A DNA stretch of 64,000 bases from an uncultured Anaerolineales bacterium. GTDB taxonomy: Bacteria; Chloroflexota; Anaerolineae; Anaerolineales; UBA11858. Position 1 is the first letter of the stretch; each line of letters opens with the position of its first letter. Made by a program: the position numbers and the translations under genes. The stretch is from assembly GCA_964603385.1 (NCBI GenBank), contig CAZRUS010000012.1, positions 3,738 through 67,737 of the forward strand, given 5' to 3'. A model generated the notes under the pieces. It did no database searches and was not told where the DNA came from. It worked only from the letters and a program-made list of their open reading frames with translations. Positions 46,354 through 55,863 of this stretch are shown here, piece after piece.

Positions 46354-47201
46354 CTCCGACCTCCTGAAAAGCCGGCTGCGGCTTCCTCCAGGGTGACAGG
46401 GAGGGGCTGATCTTCCGGCCACAGCCCCTGCTGCCGGGCCGCCCGGGCAGCTCTGGTGTAGCGCGAAAGCGCAAAACCGGTGTTTTCCAGCTTTTCAGCG
46501 GTAAGCACCTGCTGCGGGGATCCCTCCAGAATGATCTGGCCGTCATCCAGGGCCAGCACCCGGTCAGCAAAAGAGGCGATCCATTCTACTTTATGCTCTG
46601 CCATCACCACGGTCATACCCTGGTGGCTCATCTCCTTGATAACTTCAAATACCTGACGGGTGCCAATAGGATCCATTTGAGAAGTGGGCTCATCCAGGAC
46701 GAGAATCTTGGGTTCCATCACCAGGATGGAGGCCAGCGCCACGCGCTGCTGCTGTCCTCCTGAGAGGGCATACGGGGAGCGGTCGGCCAGCTGTGAGATG
46801 CCGGTCAGCTCCATGGTTTCCTCCACCCGGCGATTCATCTCCTTCCGGGGAGTGCCAATATTTTCCAGCCCAAAAGCGATTTCTTCATAGACGGTGAATT
46901 TCGACCCGGATATTTGATTGAAGGGATTCTGAAAGGCCAGACCGACATTCAGCACCCATTCACTGAGGGTGGATTCCTGGGTGTGCAGGCCCGCTGCCAT
47001 CACCTTTCCGCTGAGTTCTCCCCGGAAGAAATGGGGGATGAAACCGGCGATGGTGTAGCACAGGGTGGATTTTCCAGCCCCATTGGGTCCGATCACAGCG
47101 ACAAATTCTCCCTCCTCCACTGTGAGGTTGATCCCTCGCAGGGCTGGTTTTTGGGTGATCGGATACTGGTAAGTGAGCTCCGTAATCGAAATTAAAGCCA
47201 T
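46350..47201 (-). CDS. ecfA: ECF transporter ATPase component (EcfA1/CbiO-like)
   Basis: Walker A GPNGAGKST, signature LSGGQQQR and Walker B ILVLDEPTSQMD. ATG at 47201. Confidence 0.85.
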   Translation of the reverse strand: MALISITELTYQYPITQKPALRGINLTVEEGEFVAVIGPNGAGKSTLCYTIAGFIPHFFRGELSGKVMAAGLHTQESTLSEWVLNVGLAFQNPFNQISGSKFTVYEEIAFGLENIGTPRKEMNRRVEETMELTGISQLADRSPYALSGGQQQRVALASILVMEPKILVLDEPTSQMDPIGTRQVFEVIKEMSHQGMTVVMAEHKVEWIASFADRVLALDDGQIILEGSPQQVLTAEKLENTGFALSRYTRAARAARQQGLWPEDQPLPVTLEEAAAGFSGGRR

Positions 47202-47968
47202 AGATTCAGTCCCAGGGAGAGAACGGTGAGGACCACACATGCCCAGCGGATTGTCCGGTCCGCAGGCGTATCCGGAATCTCATGCAGAAATGTTTTCTTC
47301 ACCGGCGAGGTAAAGGCCCGGGCTTCGATGGCGATCGCCCTTTCCTCCACTTCTACCAGTGAGCCAAAGACCAGAGGGCCCACCAGGGGCAGCAGGGCTT
47401 TGACCCGCTTCCGATAACCTCCTTCAGTATCCAATCCCCGGGAGCGTTGGGCGTCAATGATCGTGTTGGCTTTTGCGCGCATCTGAGGGAGGATCTGCAG
47501 CGTGGAGGTGATCACATAGGCAAAGGCGCCGGAGAGCCCGCGGCGGGTGAGGTCGCTCATCAGTACGCTGGGATGGGTGGTCAGCAGCAGGAGAATAAAG
47601 GCTGAGACCATGACAAATATTCGGGTGGAGGTCAAATAAGCAAAGCGGACGCTTCCCAGAGAGACATCCAGCATCCAGAATTCAAACAGGATTGGACCTT
47701 GATCCGGATGAAAGATGCTCTGCATGACAAAGAGAAAGCCTACTACCGGAAGCAGCAAGCGCCGGGTGGTATTGAAGTATTCTCTCTGGATGCTGCCCAG
47801 GAAGCTCAGAGGGATGATCACCGCCAGAATCAGCAGGGTCGGAATCCAGAACCAGGGGGCAGAAAAAGCAACCAGGATGAACGCAAAAACCATCATCACC
47901 TTGGTCAGAGGGTTGAGGTCATGAACCGCGCTGTGCCGATCAATATAGAATGATAATTGCTCAGTCAT
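47192..47968 (-). CDS. ecfT: ECF transporter transmembrane (T) component (EcfT/CbiQ)
   Basis: 258-aa polytopic protein with the AxxxRG coupling motif region (IIDAQRSRGLD). Confidence 0.8.
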   Translation of the reverse strand: MTEQLSFYIDRHSAVHDLNPLTKVMMVFAFILVAFSAPWFWIPTLLILAVIIPLSFLGSIQREYFNTTRRLLLPVVGFLFVMQSIFHPDQGPILFEFWMLDVSLGSVRFAYLTSTRIFVMVSAFILLLLTTHPSVLMSDLTRRGLSGAFAYVITSTLQILPQMRAKANTIIDAQRSRGLDTEGGYRKRVKALLPLVGPLVFGSLVEVEERAIAIEARAFTSPVKKTFLHEIPDTPADRTIRWACVVLTVLSLGLNLWL

Positions 47969-48023
47969 AGGAAAAAACCGGCAGTCAGAGGGGGTCCCCC
48001 CCTGACTGCTGGGGTAACTTCGC

Positions 48024-48716
48024 TCAGCCCAGGATCAGGCCTAGCAGGGTGGCGGCAATCACGATCATGATCACGGCGATAACCAGCGCAATGATCAGCT
48101 GATTGGTCTCCTCGCCTTCCTCGAGCTCCACATTTTCCGATCTTGGAAAACGGGAGATATACCGCTGGGACAGCCCCTTGACGATCGCAAAAGCCAGCAT
48201 GGCGGTAGCAATTTTATCCACCGGTTCTACCAAAAAGTTAGTGCTGAATACGGCTTCAAAAACACCTCGACCGGTTTCCAGCAGATAGGCGGTGATGAAC
48301 GACGAACCGCTGGCGGTGATGCCTCCGTAGAGGTAGACGGCAATGGGGGTGGAGACTACAGCTGCCGTAATGGCAACCAGGAATCCCGTGATGGCCACTT
48401 TCCACCAGTTCTTGAACAGGCCGCCCACTGCACACCAGCCGCTGACGAAGCCAATGAACAAGGCAACCGGGAACCAGGGAAAGGCATTGGGGTCAATGGC
48501 CAAGCCCCAAATGATATTGGAAAGTGTCCCCGTCAGCGCGCCAGCCCAGGGACCTGCCAGGACGGCAACCAGCACAGTGCCGATCGAGTCCAGATAAACC
48601 GGCAGGCGCAGAAAGACAACGATCTGACCAATGACCACGTTGATGGCAATGGCCACCGGGATCAGGACCCAGGTCATGGTATTAAAATCTTTTTTGATGG
48701 AATCAATTAATTTCAT
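48024..48716 (-). CDS. ECF transporter substrate-capture (S) component, substrate unknown
   Basis: 6-7 TM helices with LDSIGTVLVAVLAGPWAGALTGTLSNIIWG, typical of ECF S components. It has an extra acidic loop and a C-terminal TM helix. Confidence 0.7.
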   Translation of the reverse strand: MKLIDSIKKDFNTMTWVLIPVAIAINVVIGQIVVFLRLPVYLDSIGTVLVAVLAGPWAGALTGTLSNIIWGLAIDPNAFPWFPVALFIGFVSGWCAVGGLFKNWWKVAITGFLVAITAAVVSTPIAVYLYGGITASGSSFITAYLLETGRGVFEAVFSTNFLVEPVDKIATAMLAFAIVKGLSQRYISRFPRSENVELEEGEETNQLIIALVIAVIMIVIAATLLGLILG

Positions 48717-48799
48717 GGGAGTACTCCTTCCTTAGCTGTTTACTTCAATCCACATGATTTCTCCGCGGCTGTTGAATGGGATGCCCGCTCACCTCCTTG

Positions 48800-49744
48800 T
48801 CACTGGATATACGTTTGAATGCGGTCTACGAAAAGCTGGATGAAATCCCGCGCCTCGACTTCCAGAGCGACAGCCATATTGGCGGGCTTATCTTCCATCC
48901 GGTAAAAATCAGCGAAGGTCTTGCCAAGGGATTTTCCAGGGGAATAATCTACATCCACGAAATGATCTTCATACCGGCAGAGATCGGGATGAAAAGCCAG
49001 GGCAAGCGCCAGGGGGTCATTGATGATGCACCCCTCAATTTGCTGATAACTGTCGTGGAATTCCATGTAAAAACGGGTGGAGTCAGCGATGAACCCAGCA
49101 ACAGGGTGCTCAGTCGGCTGGATTCGGGATACATCGCCAGCGGTCAGGACGCACTGATAGGTCACATCCAAGGGGACCAGCGTGGTAGGCAGGCCGGCAT
49201 GAAAACTTATCTGGGCAGCATGAGGATCGGCATAAATATTAAATTCAGCCAAAGGCGTGGTGTTTCCCTCATGGCGGATGGCCCCTCCCATAATGATTAA
49301 TTCCTTAATTTTCTCCGCCAGATCGGGCGCCAGGCGGAGGGCTACCGCCAGATTTGTGAGCGGACCAATGGTCACTAATGTGATTTCTCCGGGGGATTTT
49401 CTGATTGTTTCAATCAGAAAATCAACAGCATGTCCCTCCCGGACTTTAACCCCAGCTGGAGGAAGTTCTGCGTACCCCAGCCCGGTAGGCCCATGGGTTT
49501 CCGGTGCAAACAAAGGGTTCTCAACCAGCGGGCGTTCACAGCCTTGATGGACCGGAATATGGGATGCTCCAGCCAATTCCAGCAGGTTGAGGGCATTGCT
49601 GACCCCTTGCGTTACAGGGCAGTTCCCATGCACGACGGTGAGGCCTTCCAGAACAACTTCCGGAGACGCCAGGGCCAGCAGAATGGCCAGGGTGTCGTCA
49701 ATGCCGGGATCCGTATCGATGATGATTCGTTTCGGTGCTTTCAT
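48800..49744 (-). CDS. inosine-uridine-preferring-type nucleoside hydrolase (IUNH family)
   Basis: N-terminal IIIDTDPGIDDTLAILLAL (DxDxxxDD Ca-binding motif). Confidence 0.9.
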   Translation of the reverse strand: MKAPKRIIIDTDPGIDDTLAILLALASPEVVLEGLTVVHGNCPVTQGVSNALNLLELAGASHIPVHQGCERPLVENPLFAPETHGPTGLGYAELPPAGVKVREGHAVDFLIETIRKSPGEITLVTIGPLTNLAVALRLAPDLAEKIKELIIMGGAIRHEGNTTPLAEFNIYADPHAAQISFHAGLPTTLVPLDVTYQCVLTAGDVSRIQPTEHPVAGFIADSTRFYMEFHDSYQQIEGCIINDPLALALAFHPDLCRYEDHFVDVDYSPGKSLGKTFADFYRMEDKPANMAVALEVEARDFIQLFVDRIQTYIQ

Positions 49745-50670
49745 TTTGATTTTGTTCCAGACAAATAAAAACTTTCAACCTCAGCGGCGGTAGGCAGCGA
49801 CGGCTGTGCCCCGGATTTGGTGGTCGCCAGCGCTCCAGCGATGTTGGCATAGCGGACTGCTTCGGGGAGCGGCTTGTGCTGAAGAATTCCAGCTGCCAGG
49901 CCGCCGATGAAGGAATCTCCAGCCGCAGTGGTATCAACCACCTCAACCTCTGCTGCGGGGATATGCTGGGATCCGTTCCTGTCCACCAGCAGCGCTCCCT
50001 GATCCCCCAGGGTGACAATCACAACCGGGATACCCCGATCCAGCAGCATTCTGGCAGCTGATTCTGCATCCGATCTGTCGGAAATCTCCCTGCCGCTGAG
50101 CAGGGCCAGCTCGCTTTCGTTGGGAACCAGGATGTCCACTGATTCTAGCAGAGAATGGGGAAGTTCGGCCGCCGGCGCAGGATTGAGAATTACTTTCAGC
50201 CCCTGTTCATGGCCCATGCTGGCAGCGTACTCCACAGCTGGGAGAGGAATTTCCAGCTGGAGAAGCAACAAGGAGGAGTTGGCGATCAGCCCCTTCGCTG
50301 GATCTATGTCCTCAGTGCCGATTTTTCCATTGGCTCCTGGGGAGAGGATGATCGAATTTTCTCCTTCCGCGGTTACGGAGATCAGGGCGCTGCCGGTAGC
50401 GGATTCTTCACTGATCCGTACACCCGAAATATCAACCTGCTGGTCCCTCAAACTCTGGATCAACTGCTGACCGTACGGGTCTTCACCAACTTTCCCTACC
50501 ATGGCGGTGCGGATCTGATGCCGGGAGAGGGCTGCTGCTTGATTGGCCCCTTTCCCACCGGGATACGTCTGTAAATCCCCCCCGGTGATGGTTTCGCCCG
50601 GGGCGGGAAATCTGGGCACCTGGATGACCAGGTCCATATTGATGCTGCCAATAACCACTGCTTCAGGCAC
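49741..50670 (-). CDS. rbsK: ribokinase
   Basis: GSINMDLV, GGKGANQA and DTTAAGDSF motifs. GTG start preceded by GAGGAAG. ATGA overlap with the hydrolase gene. Confidence 0.9.
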   Translation of the reverse strand: MPEAVVIGSINMDLVIQVPRFPAPGETITGGDLQTYPGGKGANQAAALSRHQIRTAMVGKVGEDPYGQQLIQSLRDQQVDISGVRISEESATGSALISVTAEGENSIILSPGANGKIGTEDIDPAKGLIANSSLLLLQLEIPLPAVEYAASMGHEQGLKVILNPAPAAELPHSLLESVDILVPNESELALLSGREISDRSDAESAARMLLDRGIPVVIVTLGDQGALLVDRNGSQHIPAAEVEVVDTTAAGDSFIGGLAAGILQHKPLPEAVRYANIAGALATTKSGAQPSLPTAAEVESFYLSGTKSK

Positions 50671-50758
50671 GACGCTTCCTCAGCATTTTCAACTACTTTT
50701 GATCTGGTTGTATTCTAACAGAGATTTTTTCCTGGAAAGTCACAGCCCCGACGTGTGG

Positions 50759-51190
50759 TCATTCAGGCAGGAAGGCTTGTTTAATGTGGTAGGCATTCTT
50801 GGCCAGTTCTTCTCTGGTGGGCAGTTCAGCATGGCGGGGGCTGAACTGAAAGCCGAACCCGTCCCCTTCGTGGCGGGGAACGACATGGAGGTGGAGGTGG
50901 GGGATTTCCTGGCCGGCCACCTGCCCATCAGACAGCAGCAGATTTACGCCCTGGCAGGGGATTCCGCTCAGGAACAAAGCCTGGGAAAGCCGCTGGCCGA
51001 GGTTGAAGAGGCGGCCGCCGTCATCGGCGGGCAAGTCGGACAGCCGGCTGATATGCTCTCTGGGGAGGACCAGCATATGCCCGGGATTGATCGGCTGCAT
51101 GTCCATGATGACCAGGCTGACTGGGTCCTGATGGACAATCGTTCCCGGAAGATCTCCGGAGATAATTTTGCAGAAAGGGCAAGTATCCAT
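50759..51190 (-). CDS. HIT-family (histidine triad) nucleotide hydrolase/transferase
   Basis: HLHLHVVP triad and an N-terminal CPFCKI zinc-like motif. Confidence 0.85.
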   Translation of the reverse strand: MDTCPFCKIISGDLPGTIVHQDPVSLVIMDMQPINPGHMLVLPREHISRLSDLPADDGGRLFNLGQRLSQALFLSGIPCQGVNLLLSDGQVAGQEIPHLHLHVVPRHEGDGFGFQFSPRHAELPTREELAKNAYHIKQAFLPE

Positions 51191-51215
51191 ACCTGCTCCC
51201 AGGATTTAGAAACTC

Positions 51216-52799
51216 TTAATGAAGCTGGAGTCCGGCTGCCTCCAAGGTCTCACTGACCGCCCTGTTCAACGTGCGGTCCTTGATCATCTGCTCCACCCGG
51301 TCGATCTCCGGCCCCCACAGGGTATCGCTGGACTGATAAGGAACCTGGCGTCGGATGAACGCCAAGGCAGCTGCCGTCCCCACCCCTGGTTGTAGATCCG
51401 GTTGAGATTTCAGCCGCAGTGTCAGGGCTCTGGCAGCGCAGTAGAGTTCAATGGCCAGAACCCGGGTGGTGTTGTTGACGACCTGATTGGCATGCATCGC
51501 GGCAGTGAAGGAGTTGGCATTATGGTCTTCCTGATTGGCTGAAGTGGGCAGTGAATGTACAGTGTCCGGGCTGGAAAGGGTGCGATTTTCCAGCACCAGG
51601 GAGGCAGCTGAATATTGGGGCAGCATCATCCCTGAATTTAAGCCTGCCTCCGCTTCCTCGCCAACCAGCATGGTAGGAAGGCCGGCGTTCAGGGAGGCAT
51701 CCGTCAGGCGGAAGATTCTTCTTTCAGAGATGCCGGCCAGCTCCGTGAGGGCAATGGCCAGATAGTCCATGGCCAGGCCAATCGGTTCTCCGTGGAAATT
51801 CCCACCAGAAATCGCCTCCCCCTCCTCAAAGAGCAGAGGATTATCTGTGGCGGCGTTGATTTCCCTCTCGATGATCTTCCAAAGAAAAGTCAGGGTTTCC
51901 CGGATGGGTCCGACCACCTGGGGAGCACAGCGCAGGGAATAAGCATCCTGCACCTGGCCGGATGAATCCAGCAGGGTGCTTCCGGTGGTCAAGCTGCGGA
52001 TATTCTCCGCTGCCTGGATCTGACCGGGATGCAAACGGGCTTGATGGATGCGCTCATCAAACGCACTGCTCACCCCCAGCAGGGATTCCAGGCTCATCGC
52101 CAGGGCAATGTCACTGCTGGACAGCAGATTCTGGGCTGCCAGACAGGACAGGGCCGCTGCCGCAGCAGAGAAAGTGGCGCCGTTGTTGAGGGCGATCCCC
52201 TCTTTGGATTCCAGAACGACCCGGGGGATGCCGGCTGCCTGCATGGCTGCTTTTCCGGACATGGTTTTTCCCAGATAATCAGCCCTGCCGGAGTGAACTT
52301 CAAGATCTTCCCCCTCCTGATGACAATTTTTGGTGAAAACCAGGGCCAGATGGGAAAGGGGGGCCAGGTCCCCAGAAGACCCCAGCGATCCCTGGGAGGG
52401 CACCAGCGGCGTGACGCCGCGGTTGAGCATTTTCAGCAGGATCTCCAGGATGGACAGCCTGACGCCGGAATGACCCTTCGCCAGGGTGTTGGCTCGAATC
52501 AGCATCGCAGCTCTGACGGTTTCCCGATCCAGGGGATCGCCAGACGCTGCAGCGTGGCTCAGGATCAAGTTACGGTTCAACTGCCGGGTTTGCTCCCGGG
52601 AGATTTCCCGGTTGGCGAAACAGCCGAATCCGGTATTGACGGCATAGACCGGGTCTCCCCGGTTGACGATTTCATCCACGATGGCCCGGGAACGTTTGAC
52701 CCGAGCGACTGCCTGATCTGATAGCTCAACCCGGTCTGCCCCGCTGGCAATTTTCCCCACCTGCGGGAGTGTTAGCGACTTACCATCAAGTACAATCAT
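51216..52799 (-). CDS. hutH: histidine ammonia-lyase (MIO-dependent), Ser-Ser-Gly variant
   Basis: GSLGSSGDLAPLSHL MIO region, LSHAA selectivity motif as in HAL, and NTGFG. ATG at 52799. Confidence 0.8.
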   Translation of the reverse strand: MIVLDGKSLTLPQVGKIASGADRVELSDQAVARVKRSRAIVDEIVNRGDPVYAVNTGFGCFANREISREQTRQLNRNLILSHAAASGDPLDRETVRAAMLIRANTLAKGHSGVRLSILEILLKMLNRGVTPLVPSQGSLGSSGDLAPLSHLALVFTKNCHQEGEDLEVHSGRADYLGKTMSGKAAMQAAGIPRVVLESKEGIALNNGATFSAAAAALSCLAAQNLLSSSDIALAMSLESLLGVSSAFDERIHQARLHPGQIQAAENIRSLTTGSTLLDSSGQVQDAYSLRCAPQVVGPIRETLTFLWKIIEREINAATDNPLLFEEGEAISGGNFHGEPIGLAMDYLAIALTELAGISERRIFRLTDASLNAGLPTMLVGEEAEAGLNSGMMLPQYSAASLVLENRTLSSPDTVHSLPTSANQEDHNANSFTAAMHANQVVNNTTRVLAIELYCAARALTLRLKSQPDLQPGVGTAAALAFIRRQVPYQSSDTLWGPEIDRVEQMIKDRTLNRAVSETLEAAGLQLH

Positions 52800-53025
52800 C
52801 AAGGCTGCCCCTCATTGTCTCTCAAAGTAGCGATCCCTGCACAACTGCCCGGCAGGGGTCGGCCCCCTGTTACGCAGGGGGGATACTCAGATTATCTGTG
52901 ATGACACCGGTAAAAGGTTGGTCGAGAATGCTCTCGCGAACAGATCGAGAGCCCAGGCGATTGTGCTGTATCCGCTGCCAGCTGGCTTCTAAACAAATCC
53001 CACAGTCTTCCCGGGCCCAGCGATA

Positions 53026-53048
53026 AAAGCTCAGCAAAGAAGAGCTTT
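53026..53048 (-). terminator. hairpin downstream of smpB
   Basis: 7-bp stem AAAGCTC / GAGCTTT with a 9-nt loop, followed on the minus strand by UUUUAUCG. Confidence 0.35.
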
Positions 53049-53125
53049 GGTGTCAGCGGGGAGATTGATTCCAGCCTCTGCGGGGAATCCACCGGCTCTT
53101 CCTCCCGGTTCTCCCGGCAGATGGA

Positions 53126-53590
53126 TTAAAAACCAAATCTGCGCAGCTCCCGTTCTGCCTGCCGTTCTGCATCCCGCTCAGCGATTTCCTTTCTTTTGTC
53201 ACGATGCTTCTTTCCGGTTGCCACAGCGATTTCCAGCTTGGCGATGCCGTCTCTCAGGTACATCCGCAGGGGAACGATAGTTCTGCCCCGGATGCGGACT
53301 TTATCCCACAGATCCATGATTTCCTTTTTGTGAAGAAGCAGTTTGCGGGGGCGTTTTGGGTCATGATTGAAGGAGCTGGCCTGCTCATAGGGGTGGATGT
53401 AGCAGTCAATCAGCCAGGCTTCTTCACCGCTGATGCGCACATAGGCCTGATCAATGCTGACATTGTGATTCCGGATGGATTTTATCTCTGAGCCCTTCAA
53501 GACGATCCCGGCTTCATAGGTATCCAGGATGTTATAGTTGAAATACGCTTTTTTGTTCTTGGTGATTTTTTTAACAGTCATGGAGTCCAT
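53126..53590 (-). CDS. smpB: SsrA-binding protein SmpB
   Basis: NKKAYFNYNILDTYEAGIVLKGSEIKSIR and a basic C-terminal tail. Confidence 0.95.
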   Translation of the reverse strand: MDSMTVKKITKNKKAYFNYNILDTYEAGIVLKGSEIKSIRNHNVSIDQAYVRISGEEAWLIDCYIHPYEQASSFNHDPKRPRKLLLHKKEIMDLWDKVRIRGRTIVPLRMYLRDGIAKLEIAVATGKKHRDKRKEIAERDAERQAERELRRFGF

Positions 53591-53605
53591 TTTAGCACAG
53601 AAAGG

Positions 53606-54700
53606 TCAGTCGATCAGGATCAGGGTGCCATGCCCGGTCCTGTACCAATCGCAGTGTCCCTTATAGGGCGGGTCATAGGGAGGATTCACCCAGCGAAAGA
53701 GCCATTTTGCGTCTTTATTGCGCATATTCACGCAGCCGTGGCTCATTTTATTGCCGAAGTTGTTATGCCAGTAGGTGCCGTGGAAGGCCACGCCGGTGTC
53801 ATAAATAAAAAACGTCGCCCAGGGAACGCCGGGAAGCGTATAGCTGCCCGGGGCGCCGGTTGCTACCACCAATCCCATGTGCTTGGAGGGATATTTCGAT
53901 GTCACCCGAAAGGCACCCTGGGGGGTAGCGGTAGCCTTGGGATTGTTCAGGGAGACTTCTTTGAACCCCAGCCCAGAAGAAATCGTGGTCTGGTAAACTT
54001 GCTGATCGTATTCATACGCTGTCAGGGTCTGCTCCTGCAGGGAGACCTGCACACGCTTTTCCTCAGGGGGAACCTGAATGCTGAGCGGGAGATACTCGCT
54101 TTCCGGGATCAGCCGCAGATGCTTTGCAGGGACATAATAGATCAAGCTGTCAAAAAGCTGGGAGGTGAGCTGGTACCAGCGCTCACCATCCGGCCCGGTT
54201 TTGGTATCGGTGACCCAGTGGGTGGTCTCGTAATACAGGCGGTAGGCGTTTCGCCAGGTATCCGGGGGGATGAAAGCCAGGGCATCGGTGTAGGGAACGG
54301 TGATTTCAGCCAGCTGGCCGCATTCCGGGATCTTGGTTTGAGGGGAATTCAGGCGATAGCGGGTAGGCTGCACGAACGCACCAGGCAGGTAGCCTCCCCA
54401 GACCCGATACCAGTGCTCCGCGGTTGGGCCTTCGCCGGGAATATCGAGCTGGTAGTAAAGATAGAGCAGTTCATCGAAGCGGGTGCTGCGGATCACCCGG
54501 CTTTCCAGGTCAGGTGCTTCGTAGATGGAAATGATTTTGTCATCGGCAGCGATGCGGCCGATGGCGCCGGCCGCCGCCGCAATGTTTTTCTGGTTAGAAA
54601 CGTGCTTCCTGAATGGAGCAGGGAGTCCCAGCCCGACCAATCCCAGCAGGCTGAGCCTTAAAAAACCCTTTCTACTCAGGGGGGGGAATTCTTTCCTCAT
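53606..54700 (-). CDS. L,D-transpeptidase (YkuD domain) with a Tat-like signal
   Basis: Catalytic FHGTYWHNNFGNKMSHGCVNM. N-terminal SRKGFLRLSLLGLVGLG. Confidence 0.8.
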   Translation of the reverse strand: MRKEFPPLSRKGFLRLSLLGLVGLGLPAPFRKHVSNQKNIAAAAGAIGRIAADDKIISIYEAPDLESRVIRSTRFDELLYLYYQLDIPGEGPTAEHWYRVWGGYLPGAFVQPTRYRLNSPQTKIPECGQLAEITVPYTDALAFIPPDTWRNAYRLYYETTHWVTDTKTGPDGERWYQLTSQLFDSLIYYVPAKHLRLIPESEYLPLSIQVPPEEKRVQVSLQEQTLTAYEYDQQVYQTTISSGLGFKEVSLNNPKATATPQGAFRVTSKYPSKHMGLVVATGAPGSYTLPGVPWATFFIYDTGVAFHGTYWHNNFGNKMSHGCVNMRNKDAKWLFRWVNPPYDPPYKGHCDWYRTGHGTLILID

Positions 54701-54839
54701 GCAAAAATTTTAGCGGAGAGCTGGTCTTTCTACAAGACTCAATTCAAGCTGAGAGGCATCTTCTCAACCAGCATTTAACCGGGATTAATAAAACCATCAG
54801 AATCCCTGCCGGTATAATCAAACATAAGGAGGATGTGAT

Positions 54840-55745
54840 TTGAAACCGGCTTACCTGAAGCTGATGAACAGGGAACAATTAGCCCAGCGGTCCGCGCTGC
54901 TCTGGGAGCGGTTAGTCAGCTGCACGCTCTGCCCCCGTCACTGTCAGGTCAATCGTCTGGAGGAGGAATTGGGCTCGTGCTGCATTGGCACCAAGGCCCG
55001 GGTAAGCAGTTATGGTCCTCATCTGGGAGAGGAACGGCCGCTGCGGGGCTGGGCGGGATCGGGGACAATCTTTTTCAGCGGCTGCAATCTGCACTGTCTG
55101 TACTGTCAGAACGCCGAGATCAGCCAGAAACCAACCGGCAGGGCGGTGGGAGCTGGAGAACTGGCGGAAATCATGCTGGAAATCCAGGAGATGGGCTGCC
55201 ATAATATCAATTTGGTGTCCCCCACACATGTTGTTCCGCAGATCGTCGCCGCCGTCGAAATCGCTGCCAGGCAGGGATTGATCCTGCCGCTGGTCTACAA
55301 CACCGGTGGATATGATCATCCTGAGACAATCAACCAGCTGGAGGGTATGATCGATATATACATGCCGGACATGAAATATGCTTCTGCAGATGCCGGAGAA
55401 AAGTATTCTGATGCTGCGGAGTATCCTTTCTATAATCAACGGGCAGTCCTGGAGATGCACCGCCAGGTGGGGGATCTCTCGCTGTCACCAGAGGGTCTGG
55501 CAGAAAGGGGGCTGCTGATCCGGCATCTGGTCCTCCCTGGAGAACGGGCAGGGTCAAACCAGATTCTGGATTTTATTGCTTCTGAAATATCCACAGATAC
55601 CTATCTAAACATTATGGATCAGTACCGACCAGCTTATCAGGCTGGCCAATTTCCTGAGCTTAACCGCCGGATCAGCCGGCAGGAATATCAACAGGTAGTC
55701 GACAAAGCCCGTGCGTTGGGGTTCACCCGGTTGGACAGCCAGTAA
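54840..55745 (+). CDS. radical SAM protein, PflX-like (pyruvate formate-lyase activase homologue)
   Basis: GCNLHCLYCQN cluster motif. TTG start 7 nt after AAGGAGG. Confidence 0.75.
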   Translation: MKPAYLKLMNREQLAQRSALLWERLVSCTLCPRHCQVNRLEEELGSCCIGTKARVSSYGPHLGEERPLRGWAGSGTIFFSGCNLHCLYCQNAEISQKPTGRAVGAGELAEIMLEIQEMGCHNINLVSPTHVVPQIVAAVEIAARQGLILPLVYNTGGYDHPETINQLEGMIDIYMPDMKYASADAGEKYSDAAEYPFYNQRAVLEMHRQVGDLSLSPEGLAERGLLIRHLVLPGERAGSNQILDFIASEISTDTYLNIMDQYRPAYQAGQFPELNRRISRQEYQQVVDKARALGFTRLDSQ

Positions 55746-55863
55746 GGACGCAGGACCCCTGGGGGCAGGATGAAAAAGCCTGCTGATGATATAATAACGA
55801 AGAGTCCAGCGGTGGTTTTCCATGCCGCTGGGTGGATGATGCTGGTATGTGGAGGAGGAAGCG

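Noticed and set aside
52803-53125. Possible tmRNA (ssrA) next to smpB.
   Set aside because: - I searched both strands for the tRNA-like 5' GGGG...TTCGAC and 3' GGTTCGA.TCC...CCACCA elements and found none.
- The region is better explained as the smpB terminator hairpin (53026-53048) plus the hutH promoter and leader.
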